This document shows positions 42,072 through 51,679 of a stretch of DNA of 64,000 bases, piece by piece. The notes below the pieces were generated by a model. The model was not told where the DNA came from and searched no databases. It was given only the letters and a program-made list of their open reading frames with translations. Position numbers and translations under genes: made by a program. Origin of the DNA: an uncultured delta proteobacterium (lineage in GTDB: Bacteria; Myxococcota_A; UBA9160; SZUA-336); contig CAVPHD010000004.1 in NCBI GenBank assembly GCA_963704165.1, positions 416,001 through 480,000 on the forward strand, given 5' to 3'. Position 1 is the first letter of the stretch; each line of letters opens with the position of its first letter.

Positions 42072-42947
42072 GCATTCTGGTCGACAAGAAGACGAAGCTG
42101 ATCGTGCAGGGCATGGGCAAGACCGGTCAGCTCCACACGAATCTGTCGCTCGAGTTCGGAACGAACGTGGTCGGCGGCGTCACGCCGGGCCGCGGCGGCA
42201 CGGAGGCGTGCGGGCTCCCGGTCTGGAACACGGTGCGCGAGGCGGTGCGCGAGACCGGCGCAAACGCATCGGTCGTGTTCGTTCCCGCTTCGGGCGCCGC
42301 GGACGCGATCCTCGAGGCGGCCGACGCCGGCATCGAGCTGATCTGCGCGATCACCGAGGGCATTCCGGTGCGCGACATGTTGCGCGCGAAGGCGGCCCTG
42401 CGCGGGCTGGAAGGGACGGCTGATCGGCCCCAACTGCCCGGGACTGCTCGATCCGGGGCTGAAGATCCGCATCGGCATCGCGCCCTACTCGATCTTCAAG
42501 CCCGGCAGCGTCGGCGTGGTCTCGCGTTCGGGCACGCTGACCTACGAGGCCGTGCACCAGCTCTCGCAGCTCGGCATCGGGCAGTCGACGTGCGTCGGCA
42601 TCGGCGGCGATCCGATTCCCGGCACGAACTTCGTCGACGTGCTTGCGACTGTTCCAGAAGGACAAGGCGACGAAGGCGGTGGTGATGATCGGCGAGATCG
42701 GCGGCAGCGCCGAGGAAGAGGCCGCCGAGTTCGTCGCCGCCGAGATGACCAAGCCCGTGGTCGCGTTCATCGCCGGCGTGACCGCGCCGTCGGGGAAGCG
42801 CATGGGCCACGCGGGCGCGATCATCTCCGGCGGCAAGGGGACGGCCGAGGGAAGTCCAAGGCGCTCGAGAAGGCCGGCATTCCCGTCGTTCCCACTCCCG
42901 CGCTGATCGGCGAGACGCTGCGCCGTGCGGCGCGCGGCGTCCTGTAG
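42068..42947 (+). CDS. sucD: Succinyl-CoA ligase alpha subunit (about 3 frameshifts)
   Basis: [31 protein letters not shown]. Confidence 0.93.
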
Positions 42948-43851
42948 ATGAGCCTGCTGGTCGTCGGATCCGTCGCGCTCGACGACATCGAGGCGCCGGC
43001 GGGCAGCGTGAAGTCCGTGCTCGGCGGGGCCGCCTCGTACTGCTCGGTCGCCTCGAGCTACTTCGTGCGGACCTCTGCGGTCGGTGTGACCGGCGACGAC
43101 TTCCCGCAGGAGCACCTCGACTTTCTCGCGTCTCGCGGGATCGATCTCGCGGGAGTGACGCGCGCGAAGGGCCGCACCTTCCGCTGGGGCGGGCGGCTAT
43201 CACGCCTCGCTCAATCAGCGCGACACGCTCTTCACCGAACTCGGCGTCTTCGAGCACTTCGATCCGGTGCTACCGCCCGCGCTATCTGGACTCGGAGTGG
43301 GTCTTTCTCGCCAACATCCATCCGACGCTCCAGCGCGACGTGCTCGAGCCAGGTCCGAGCGCCGGTCTTCTCCGCGATGGACACGATGAACTTCTGGATC
43401 GAGGGCGAGCGCAAGGAGCTCGAAGCGACGCTCGCGCGTGTCGCAGGCCTCGTGATCAACGACGAGGAGGCACGCCAGCTCACCGGCGTGCTCGAACCTG
43501 GTCGGCGCGGCCGACGCGATCCGAGCGCTCGGCCCCTCGACCGTGATCGTGAAGCGCGGCGAGCATGGCGCGCTGCTCTTCGACGAGGCGGGCGTCTTCG
43601 CCGCGCCGGCATTCCCGCTGCGCGAGGTACAAGATCCGACCGGCGCGGGCGACAGCTTCGCCGGCGGGTTCATGGGGGCGCTGGCCTCGGGCGGCTCGCT
43701 GGCTCCGGACGCCGTGCGACGGGCGGTGATCTACGGGTCCGTGCTCGCCTCGTTCTGCGTCGAGCGCTTCAGCCTCGATCGCTTCCGAACGCTCGCGCGC
43801 GCCGAGATCGACGAGCGCTTCGAGGAGTTTCGCAGGCTCACCCGGTTCTGA
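42948..43851 (+). CDS. PfkB-family carbohydrate kinase (about 4 frameshifts)
   Basis: VGSVALD, DTMNFWI, DPTGAGDSFAGG. Confidence 0.9.
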
Positions 43852-43941
43852 ACTCCGCAATCGGGCTGGCGCCATCTCGCCTGCGCAGCTCTGCTTCCCA
43901 GATCCATCAAGGGCGGCCGCTTTCCTCCCGATAGGCCTCTC

Positions 43942-44589
43942 ATGTTTTCGAAAGCGGACGGCCCGACGGCCTTGCGTTCCGATCTGATACACGCGCTCTC
44001 GTTCTCGCACGATCGGATCGAGCGAACTTCGGGTGTGTCGACGGTGTCCTCCCTGGCGGCCCTGGCCGGCGTCTGGAACGGCCGCAAGGGACACGTCGCG
44101 CTGATCGTGCGCGACATCGAACCCGCGGCGATCGAGCGCTACGTCGGCTCCGAGACGATCCTGAGCGAGGCCGAGCTCGATGCGGCGGTGGAAGAGGGAA
44201 TCGCGTTTGCCGAGGGCATGGGCTTCTCGATGGACGCTCCCGAGTTCCCGATGCTCTCCGCGGAGGCGCGCGAGCAGCGCATCTACCGCTGGAACAAGCT
44301 TCGCAAGCTGCGGCCGCCGGCTCCCGTCGAGCGAGACAGCGCACCGATCGCCCCTGCTTCGGACCTCGAGGCGGGCGATCCCTCGGAGGTGCCGACCGGT
44401 TACGAGATCGAGCTCGACGATCTCGACGTGCAGCGGCCGCGCGCCACCCCCGCACCGATGCCCGAACGCGGCCTCGAATCCGGCTCGCCCGCGTCGAGCG
44501 CCGTGCTCGGTCGGATCTCACTGGTTCGCAAGGGCGGCGCCGACGCGCGCCGCCTCGAGCTGATCGCTCGTTTGCTCGCGTCGTACTAG
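43942..44589 (+). CDS. Hypothetical protein resembling the gene upstream of myxobacterial tgl
   Basis: F-x-E-x-MGF-x-MD motif and C-terminal ARLLASY; position directly before the TPR lipoprotein. Confidence 0.55.
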   Translation: MFSKADGPTALRSDLIHALSFSHDRIERTSGVSTVSSLAALAGVWNGRKGHVALIVRDIEPAAIERYVGSETILSEAELDAAVEEGIAFAEGMGFSMDAPEFPMLSAEAREQRIYRWNKLRKLRPPAPVERDSAPIAPASDLEAGDPSEVPTGYEIELDDLDVQRPRATPAPMPERGLESGSPASSAVLGRISLVRKGGADARRLELIARLLASY

Positions 44590-44601
44590 GGGGAGGGCTT
44601 C

Positions 44602-45381
44602 ATGTACGGGTGGAAGGCATTTCTCGCCGCGATCTTCGTGCTCGGTGCCACGGCCGCGTGCACCACCGTGGCACCCAGGGACGTGAGCCGGGCCGACTCG
44701 CACCGCGATCTGGCCGAGGTGAAGCTGGCCAAGGGCGAGACCGAGCTCGCCATCAAGGAGTACCAGACCGCGATCCGGCTCAATCCCGACGATCCGGAGA
44801 GCCACTACGGGATCGCCGAGGCCTACCGGCGGAAGAACCTGATGCAGGACACGGAGCGCGAGCTGCGAGAGACGCTGCGCCTCGACCCGGAACACAACGA
44901 GGCTCGTCTGGCGCTCGGCGTGGCGTTCCTGCTGATGGAGCGCTGGAGCGACGCGGCCGCCGAGTTCGAGCGTCTCGCGGCCGACCCGACCTTCGTCCGA
45001 CCGACGCGCGCTCTGGTGAACCTGGGTTGGGCTCACTACAAGTCCGGCGATCTCGAGCGGGCCAAGGCCGACTTCGAGCGCGCGCTCAAGCAGGATCGCT
45101 CCAACTACGTCGCACATCTCAATCTCGGGATCGTGTACTACGATCAAGGCGAGCTGGTCGAGGCCGTCACCCACTTCGAGGAGTGTGTGAAGATCCTCGC
45201 GGAGCGGCCGGTGCAGGTATTCGGGCCGGTCGAGGCGGAAGCGCGCTATCGCATGGCCCAGGCGTACATCCGGCTGGGCAAGCGCGATCGGGCGCTCGAC
45301 TCGCTCCGGGTTGCCGTGGACCGGGGAGGCGAGAGCGAGTGGGTACGCAAGTCGAACGACTACCTGAGGGTGCTGCAGTAG
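44602..45381 (+). CDS. TPR lipoprotein, Tgl/PilF(PilW)-like pilotin
   Basis: Lipobox AA-C, tandem TPRs, LAADPTF...NLG; context with HTH gene and recO. Confidence 0.75.
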   Translation: MYGWKAFLAAIFVLGATAACTTVAPRDVSRADSHRDLAEVKLAKGETELAIKEYQTAIRLNPDDPESHYGIAEAYRRKNLMQDTERELRETLRLDPEHNEARLALGVAFLLMERWSDAAAEFERLAADPTFVRPTRALVNLGWAHYKSGDLERAKADFERALKQDRSNYVAHLNLGIVYYDQGELVEAVTHFEECVKILAERPVQVFGPVEAEARYRMAQAYIRLGKRDRALDSLRVAVDRGGESEWVRKSNDYLRVLQ

Positions 45382-45824
45382 CGGCTGCGCCCGAAGCGAT
45401 CGTCTTCGGCCACTGGTATCGACGTCAGCGCGAGCTGCGCGGGATCTCGATCTTCTACGTCGCCGCGCGCACCAAGCTGACGCCGGAGCGCGTGCGCGAG
45501 ATCGAGGACTCCGGGCAGACGCTCGAGACCGACGGTCTCGGTCGCGCGACCGCTCGCGCGCTCGCGCTCGCGATCGGCGCGGATCCGAACGAAGCCGCGT
45601 CGCTTCTGGGTGAGCGGCGCACGGTTCGCGGCGCTCGCTCGGGTCGATGGGCGTGGCTGCGCGGGATCGTCTGGACCTTCGGGCGGCGAGCCGGGCTCGC
45701 GCTTCTGATCGGTGCGGCGCTCTGGCTGCTCGGCCTCTGGCTCTCCGGAGAATTCGCCCGCGGCGGTGCGCCGACCGTCGTCTACAAGCCCGACTACGTC
45801 GAGAGACTTCTCCGTCCGGATTGA
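45378..45824 (+). CDS. RodZ-like HTH protein with TM helix (start uncertain)
   Basis: FGHWYRRQRELRGIS...VAARTKL...IE, then a hydrophobic segment. Confidence 0.7.
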   Translation, partial: VAAAPEAIVFGHWYRRQRELRGISIFYVAARTKLTPERVREIEDSGQTLETDGLGRATARALALAIGADPNEAASLLGERRTVRGARSGRWAWLRGIVWTFGRRAGLALLIGAALWLLGLWLSGEFARGGAPTVVYKPDYVERLLRPD

Positions 45825-45857
45825 TCCGGCACTCCCGGTCTGGGCTAACCTCCGGGC

Positions 45858-46755
45858 ATGCCCCCGGAGTATCGGACACGAGGCCTGGTCCTTCGGACCT
45901 TCGACCAGGGGGAGTCCGACCGCGTCGTGCATCTGTTCACCGAGTCGCACGGCCGGGTGAGCGCGATCGCGAAGGGCGCGCGTCGCTCGAAGCGGCGCTT
46001 TCCCGGAACGCTCGAGATCCTCTCGTTGATCGACGTCCGGCTGCGTGGACCCGCCGCGCGCGCAGCTGATGCGGCTCGAAGCCGCGAAGCTCGTCGGTTC
46101 ATTCGAGGGGATCACGTCGAACCTCGGCCGTTACGCGATCGCGTGTCGATTTCTCGAGCTGCTCGATCGGCTGACTGCCGAGCGCGAAGCGCACCCCGAT
46201 CTCCTCCACTTCGCCGTGGGCGCGCTCGAAATGCTGCGCGAGGCCGAGCCGGATCGACTGCTGTCGGTGCTCGTTCTCGCCAAGACGCTGGCGCGTCTCG
46301 GGTATCGACCGCAGCTCAGCCGCTGCGCGACGTGCGGCAGCGAGCTGCCCTCGGGATCGGCACGCGTCGCGTTCCTGCCGGGGCACGGCGGGGCGGTCTG
46401 TCGATCGTGTGCGGGGCCCGCGGAATCGACCGTCCCCGTGCAGCTCCTGCGCGCGCTCGAGACCGGATTGCGTCAGCCACTTCGCACACGCGCCGAGCTC
46501 GGTCTCGGCGCGCGCGACGTCGAGCGTGCCGAGCTGCTCGTCGAGCGCTTCTTCAGCTTCCAGATCGGAACGGAGCTGCGAACGACGGCGTTTCTTCGCC
46601 AAGTGCTCGCCGATGCCGAGGAATCCCGAGCGCACGCGCGAGCGGTTGACGCCGTCGGAGAGCGCGGAGATACTCCGCCCGCGGTCGCTCCGGACGGCGG
46701 TTCCATGCAGACCGGGCTTTCGCGCCTCGATCTCGAGACCGATCGGCGCCTCTGA
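45858..46755 (+). CDS. recO: DNA repair protein RecO (+1 frameshift near 46045)
   Basis: ESDRVVHLFT, AKGARRS, GYRP, CATC...CRSC zinc finger. Confidence 0.92.
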
Positions 46756-46786
46756 CGTCAACGAGCCCGAGAGGGAGGCCACGAGC

Positions 46787-49504
46787 TTGGCGAAGCGAGC
46801 ACGCAAGACTTCCTCGGCACGCGGCCACAAGCGCTCGACGCGACCGAAGCGACGCGTCTATTTCTTCGGCGGCGGCCGAGCCGACGGCGACGCGTCGCTC
46901 AAGAGTCTGCTCGGCGGAAAGGGCGCGAACCTCGCCGAGATGACGCGCCTCGGCGTGCCGGTGCCCGCCGGGTTCACGATCTCGACGGAAGTCTGCACCG
47001 AGTTCTATGCCGGCGGCCGAAAGCTCCCGAGTGCCCTCGACGCCGAGATCCGCGCACAGCTGGTCAAGGTCGAGAAGGTGATGGGCGGGAGCTTCGGCTC
47101 GAAGACCCGTCCGCTCCTGGTCTCCGTGCGTTCGGGCGCTCGTGCGTCGATGCCCGGAATGATGGATACGGTGCTCAATCTCGGACTGAACGACGAGACG
47201 CTGCAGGGATTGATCGCCGAGAGCGGCGACCGGCGCTTCGCGTACGACACGTATCGCCGATTCGTGCACATGTACGGCGACGTCGTGATGGGCGTGGAGC
47301 ACGACCATTTCGCCCAGGCGCTCGAGGCGCTGAAGAAGAAGCGCGGCGTCGAGCTCGACACGGAGCTCGATGCCGACGATCTGGCCGGGCTGGTGGATTC
47401 CTACAAGCAGATCGTCAAGCAGACCACCCACGACGGCTTTCCCGACGATCCCTTCGAGCAGCTCCGCGGCGCGATCGCCGCCGTGTTCCTCTCCTGGTAC
47501 TCGCCGCGCGCGCAAAGGTACCGCGAGCTCGAGTCGATCCCGACGGAGTGGGGTACGGCCGTCACCGTCCAGGCGATGGTGTACGGGAACCTCGGCGACG
47601 ACTCCGCGACCGGCGTGGCGTTCACGCGCGATCCGTCGACGGGCGAGCGGCGCTTCTTCGGTGAATTCCTGCCGCGCGCACAGGGCGAAGATGTGGTCGC
47701 CGGCATCCGCACGCCTCAGCCGCTCGGGAATGCCGATCGTCAATCCGGGACGCTCGGGTCGCTCGAGGATCTCATGCCGGCGCGATTCAAAGAGCTCTCG
47801 CGCCTCGCGAAGCGGCTCGAGCGTCACTACGCCGACATGCAGGATCTCGAGTTCACGATCCAGCGCGGCTGCCTCTGGATGCTGCAGACTCGAACCGGCA
47901 AGCGCACCGGACGCGCCGCGGTGAAGATCGCCGTGGACATGGCGAACGAGCGCCTGATCGATCGCAAGACGGCGATCCTGCGCGTGGATCCGAAGCAGCT
48001 CGATCAGCTCCTGCATCCGACGCTCGACGAGGGCAGCATCCCCGCACGCCTCGCGCACGGCCTGCCCGCGTCGCCCGGTGCCGCGTCGGGCCGAATCGTC
48101 TTCACCGCCGAGGACGCCGAAGCCGCAGCTTCGAACGACGAGCGTGTCGTTCTCGTGCGCAGGGAGACTTCGCCCGAGGACATCCACGGCATGCACGCGG
48201 CGCAGGGAATTCTCACCGCGCTCGGCGGGATGACGTCGCACGCAGCCGTGGTTGCGCGCGGAATGGGCAAGTGCTGCGTCGCAGGCTGCGCCGATCTTCA
48301 GATCGATTTCGAGCGACGGATCGCGCGGATCGGCGGCGTCGAGCTGACCGACAAGGACACGATCACGCTCGACGGCTCGACCGGAAACGTCTATCGCGGC
48401 GAATTGCCGACGGTGGAGCCCGAGCTCTCGAAGGACTTCATGACGTTGATGCGCTGGGCGGACGGAATGCGTCGGCTCCGCGTTCGCGCGAACGCCGATA
48501 CCCCCGAGGACGCGGAGCTCGCACTCCGCTTCGGTGCCGAGGGGATCGGGCTCTGTCGAACCGAGCACATGTTCTTCCAGGCGGAGCGAATCCTGGAAGT
48601 GCGCCGCATGATCCTGTCGTCGACGCGCGAAGAGCGCGCGCTCCCGCTCGCGAAGATCCTGCCGATGCAGCGCGAGGATTTCGTCGGGATCTTCCGCGCG
48701 ATGGCCGGGCGGCCCGTCACGATTCGCCTGCTCGATCCTCCGCTGCACGAGTTCCTGCCCCACACCGGCGAGGAGATGGCCAATCTCGCGCGCGACCTCC
48801 GATTGGCCGAGCTCGACCTGCGGCGCAAGGTCGAGGCGCTGCGCGAGTTCAACCCGATGCTCGGTCATCGCGGTTCGCGCCTCGCGATCAGCTATCCGGA
48901 GATCTACGAGATGCAGGTGCGCGCCATCGTCGAGGCGGCCTGTGTTTGCGCGGATGCGGGCGTGCGAACGCATCCGGAGATCATGCTGCCGCTGGTCGCG
49001 GGAACGCGGGAGCTCGAAGCGCTGCGCGCGCTCGTCGACAGCACCGCTACGACCGTCATGAAGGAGCGCGGACGAAAGATCCGCTACAGCGTGGGCACGA
49101 TGATCGAGGTCCCGCGTGCGGCACTCCTTTCCGGTTGTCTGGCGGGCATCGCGGAGTTCTTCTCGTTCGGCACGAACGATCTCACCCAGATGACGTTCGC
49201 GCTCTCTCGTGACGACTCCGGGCGATTTCTCCCCGCCTACGTCGAGAAGGGGCTGATGGACGACGATCCGTTCGTCACCCTCGACACGGAAGGTGTGGGA
49301 GCGCTGATCCGCATGGGAATCGAAGCCGGACGGAAGACGCGAAGAGACCTGAAGGTGGGAATCTGCGGTGAGCACGGCGGAGAGCCGCGCTCGATCGCGT
49401 TCTGCCACGAGGTCGGAATGGACTACGTGAGCTGCTCGCCGTACCGGGTGCCGATCGCCCGGCTGGCCGCCGCGCAAGCGACCATTCCCGGAAAGGGCGG
49501 ATGA
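46787..49504 (+). CDS. ppdK: Pyruvate, phosphate dikinase
   Basis: LGGKGANL, PGMMDT, GGMTSHAAVVARG, GLCRTEHM, FGTNDLTQ, CGEHGG; TTG after GGGAGG. Confidence 0.97.
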   Translation: MAKRARKTSSARGHKRSTRPKRRVYFFGGGRADGDASLKSLLGGKGANLAEMTRLGVPVPAGFTISTEVCTEFYAGGRKLPSALDAEIRAQLVKVEKVMGGSFGSKTRPLLVSVRSGARASMPGMMDTVLNLGLNDETLQGLIAESGDRRFAYDTYRRFVHMYGDVVMGVEHDHFAQALEALKKKRGVELDTELDADDLAGLVDSYKQIVKQTTHDGFPDDPFEQLRGAIAAVFLSWYSPRAQRYRELESIPTEWGTAVTVQAMVYGNLGDDSATGVAFTRDPSTGERRFFGEFLPRAQGEDVVAGIRTPQPLGNADRQSGTLGSLEDLMPARFKELSRLAKRLERHYADMQDLEFTIQRGCLWMLQTRTGKRTGRAAVKIAVDMANERLIDRKTAILRVDPKQLDQLLHPTLDEGSIPARLAHGLPASPGAASGRIVFTAEDAEAAASNDERVVLVRRETSPEDIHGMHAAQGILTALGGMTSHAAVVARGMGKCCVAGCADLQIDFERRIARIGGVELTDKDTITLDGSTGNVYRGELPTVEPELSKDFMTLMRWADGMRRLRVRANADTPEDAELALRFGAEGIGLCRTEHMFFQAERILEVRRMILSSTREERALPLAKILPMQREDFVGIFRAMAGRPVTIRLLDPPLHEFLPHTGEEMANLARDLRLAELDLRRKVEALREFNPMLGHRGSRLAISYPEIYEMQVRAIVEAACVCADAGVRTHPEIMLPLVAGTRELEALRALVDSTATTVMKERGRKIRYSVGTMIEVPRAALLSGCLAGIAEFFSFGTNDLTQMTFALSRDDSGRFLPAYVEKGLMDDDPFVTLDTEGVGALIRMGIEAGRKTRRDLKVGICGEHGGEPRSIAFCHEVGMDYVSCSPYRVPIARLAAAQATIPGKGG

Positions 49505-49986
49505 AGCGGCTTCCGAAACCGCGCGTGCGCCTGTTTCTGATCGCCGTCGCCGTCAGCGCGCTTCTGGCCTGCTTCGGCGGCGGGGCCGACCCGGGTGCGA
49601 GCAAGCCGATCGTCTCCGACGAAGAGGCGATGCGATTCGCCCTGCGTGCGGAGAGCTTCTACCGCTCGCTGCAGGGCGTTCCGCTGGCGGCGACGGTCAC
49701 CTTCTACAACCCGGAGCTGCATCGGTACTTTCCGACGCCCTCCGCGTTCGCCGACTACTACTCGTCGCTCGCGACGATCGCGCGCCAGAACACGCTGAGA
49801 TACGGGCAGGCGCGTCGTGTGCGCATCCGCGAGTTCCACTTCGACTCACCGGACCACGCCGTCGTCGAGGTCGTCATCACCGGCAAGCACGAGCGAGAGC
49901 TTCGCTTCTGGGACATCGACCTCGACCGTCGCGACGTCTGGCGTCGGATCGACGGTGTCTGGCTGATCGTTCCCGAGAAGCTCTGA
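49501..49986 (+). CDS. Hypothetical lipoprotein
   Basis: Signal peptide with LLA-C; ATGA overlap with ppdK. Confidence 0.7.
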   Translation: MKRLPKPRVRLFLIAVAVSALLACFGGGADPGASKPIVSDEEAMRFALRAESFYRSLQGVPLAATVTFYNPELHRYFPTPSAFADYYSSLATIARQNTLRYGQARRVRIREFHFDSPDHAVVEVVITGKHERELRFWDIDLDRRDVWRRIDGVWLIVPEKL

Positions 49987-50136
49987 CACCTCGGTCGCCG
50001 CCGACCTGCACCCGTGTGAAGTTCTTTTCCTCGAAGAGGGTAGTCCGCTTCACTGTACGCGAGTGCTCCGCGCCATCGGCGCGCGCGCGCCACCCGGGAT
50101 TCGCCAGCGTTACCGGTGAATTCGCAGGAATCTCCA

Positions 50137-50754
50137 ATGGATGCCCGCTTGGCATGGCGATTGCTCCCCCTTGTGTCGCATGTGTCCCCGAGCGGCCAAG
50201 TGACCGAGGACGACCGAGTGATCGTCGAGGCGATTCGAGCCGGGGACCCCGGCGCGTTTCGCGACCTCTACCAGCGGCATTTCCGCCGCATCCACAGCTT
50301 CTCGCTGCGCAGGCTCGGGGACGTGGCCGAAGCCGAGGACGTCTGTCAGGACGTCTTCGAGGCGGTCTTCTCCTGCCTGCACCGTTTCGAGGGCAAGTCG
50401 GACCTGATCGTCTGGATCTACGGGATTACCCGGAACATCCTCAACAACCGCCTGCGCCGCCGGGGTGGGGTACGGCTCGTCTCGCTCGAGGACATCCCGC
50501 AGGAGGCCGCACCGCTCGATCTGGGGCCGGAGCCGCTGGCCCAGGCGCGCCAGACGCTCGGTCGGGTCCGAGAGGCGATCGGGAAGCTGCCGGAGGAGCA
50601 GCGCCGGGTGCTCGAAATGCGCCACGGCAAGCGCATGAACATCCGCAAGATCGCCGAGCTGACCGGGCGCAGCGAAGACGCTGTGAAGTCGAGCCTTTAC
50701 CGCGCCCGCCGCTCCCTGGCTGCGCAGCTTCCCGGCGCTCGTCTCGCACTCTGA
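50137..50754 (+). CDS. ECF sigma-70 factor (start uncertain)
   Basis: AEDVCQDVF, WIYGITRN, IAELTG...VKSSLYRAR. Confidence 0.9.
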   Translation: MDARLAWRLLPLVSHVSPSGQVTEDDRVIVEAIRAGDPGAFRDLYQRHFRRIHSFSLRRLGDVAEAEDVCQDVFEAVFSCLHRFEGKSDLIVWIYGITRNILNNRLRRRGGVRLVSLEDIPQEAAPLDLGPEPLAQARQTLGRVREAIGKLPEEQRRVLEMRHGKRMNIRKIAELTGRSEDAVKSSLYRARRSLAAQLPGARLAL

Positions 50755-50860
50755 TCACCCCGGGGGCGTCACCAACGCGCAGCCTCCGCCCACCTATGAG
50801 GCGTAGAGATGGGCGGGCGCGTGGGCCGGATCGGCCCTCCGCCCGGATGCGGGGCAGACG

Positions 50861-51082
50861 ATGGGCGAGAACCGAAGAGGGCAGCGGTCGGCGCATGCGG
50901 TCAGCGTGCGCTTCGGCACCCGGTTCTGGGACGCGGTCGAATACGAGATCGAAGCGCTCGACGCGGGTGACTTCGCTCTCTTCCTCGCCGCCGACCGGTT
51001 TCCCTGCGAAGCGCGACCGGGTGCCTTCGAGTCGATCGGCGCGCGGCTCGCCGTGCTCTGCCGCGAGCGCTTTTCAAACTGA
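50861..51082 (+). CDS. Small hypothetical protein (73 aa)
   Basis: GC3-rich codon pattern like neighbouring genes; fills the gap between the sigma and methyltransferase genes. Confidence 0.5.
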   Translation: MGENRRGQRSAHAVSVRFGTRFWDAVEYEIEALDAGDFALFLAADRFPCEARPGAFESIGARLAVLCRERFSN

Positions 51083-51106
51083 GGCTCCGCGGCTACCCCT
51101 TCCGGG

Positions 51107-51679
51107 GTGAGCTTCGTACGCAAACGTCTTCGCCCGCGGCTGCTCGTCGTCTACGCGCTCGCCGGCGCCGCGGTCTTCCTCTCATCGCCCACGCCGACGT
51201 CTCTCCTCGTCGGTGCGGTTCCGATCGCGCTCGGTGAGGGCCTGCGGCTCTGGGCGACCGGGCACCTGCACAAGAACGATGCCCTGACGATCGCCGGGCC
51301 CTACGCTTATCTGCGTCACCCGCTCTACTTCGGGACGCTCCTGATCGGTGCCGGCTTTCTGATCATGGCCTGGAGCGCGGTCGCGTTCGGGTTCGCGGCG
51401 GTCTTCCTGCTGGTCTACTTCGGCTACTACATGCCCTACAAGGATCGGATCGAGAGCGCGCGGCTCGAGTCGATCTACGGCGACGCCTACCGGCGCTACG
51501 CGGCGGCGGTCCCGCGCCTCGTGCCTCGACTTCACCCCTACCAGCCGCTCGAGGCCGAGCGCGCGCCCGAGACGGCCTGGCGGCGCGTGCGATTCGCCGA
51601 CAACAACGAGACCGGGACGGCGGTGGTGGTGGCACTCGGCGTGCTGTGCATGGTGGTGCGCTGGGGACTCTCCTCCTGA
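51107..51679 (+). CDS. Isoprenylcysteine carboxyl methyltransferase-family membrane methyltransferase
   Basis: GPYAYLRHPLYFG, E..LE..YG..Y..Y...VPR. Confidence 0.88.
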   Translation: MSFVRKRLRPRLLVVYALAGAAVFLSSPTPTSLLVGAVPIALGEGLRLWATGHLHKNDALTIAGPYAYLRHPLYFGTLLIGAGFLIMAWSAVAFGFAAVFLLVYFGYYMPYKDRIESARLESIYGDAYRRYAAAVPRLVPRLHPYQPLEAERAPETAWRRVRFADNNETGTAVVVALGVLCMVVRWGLSS

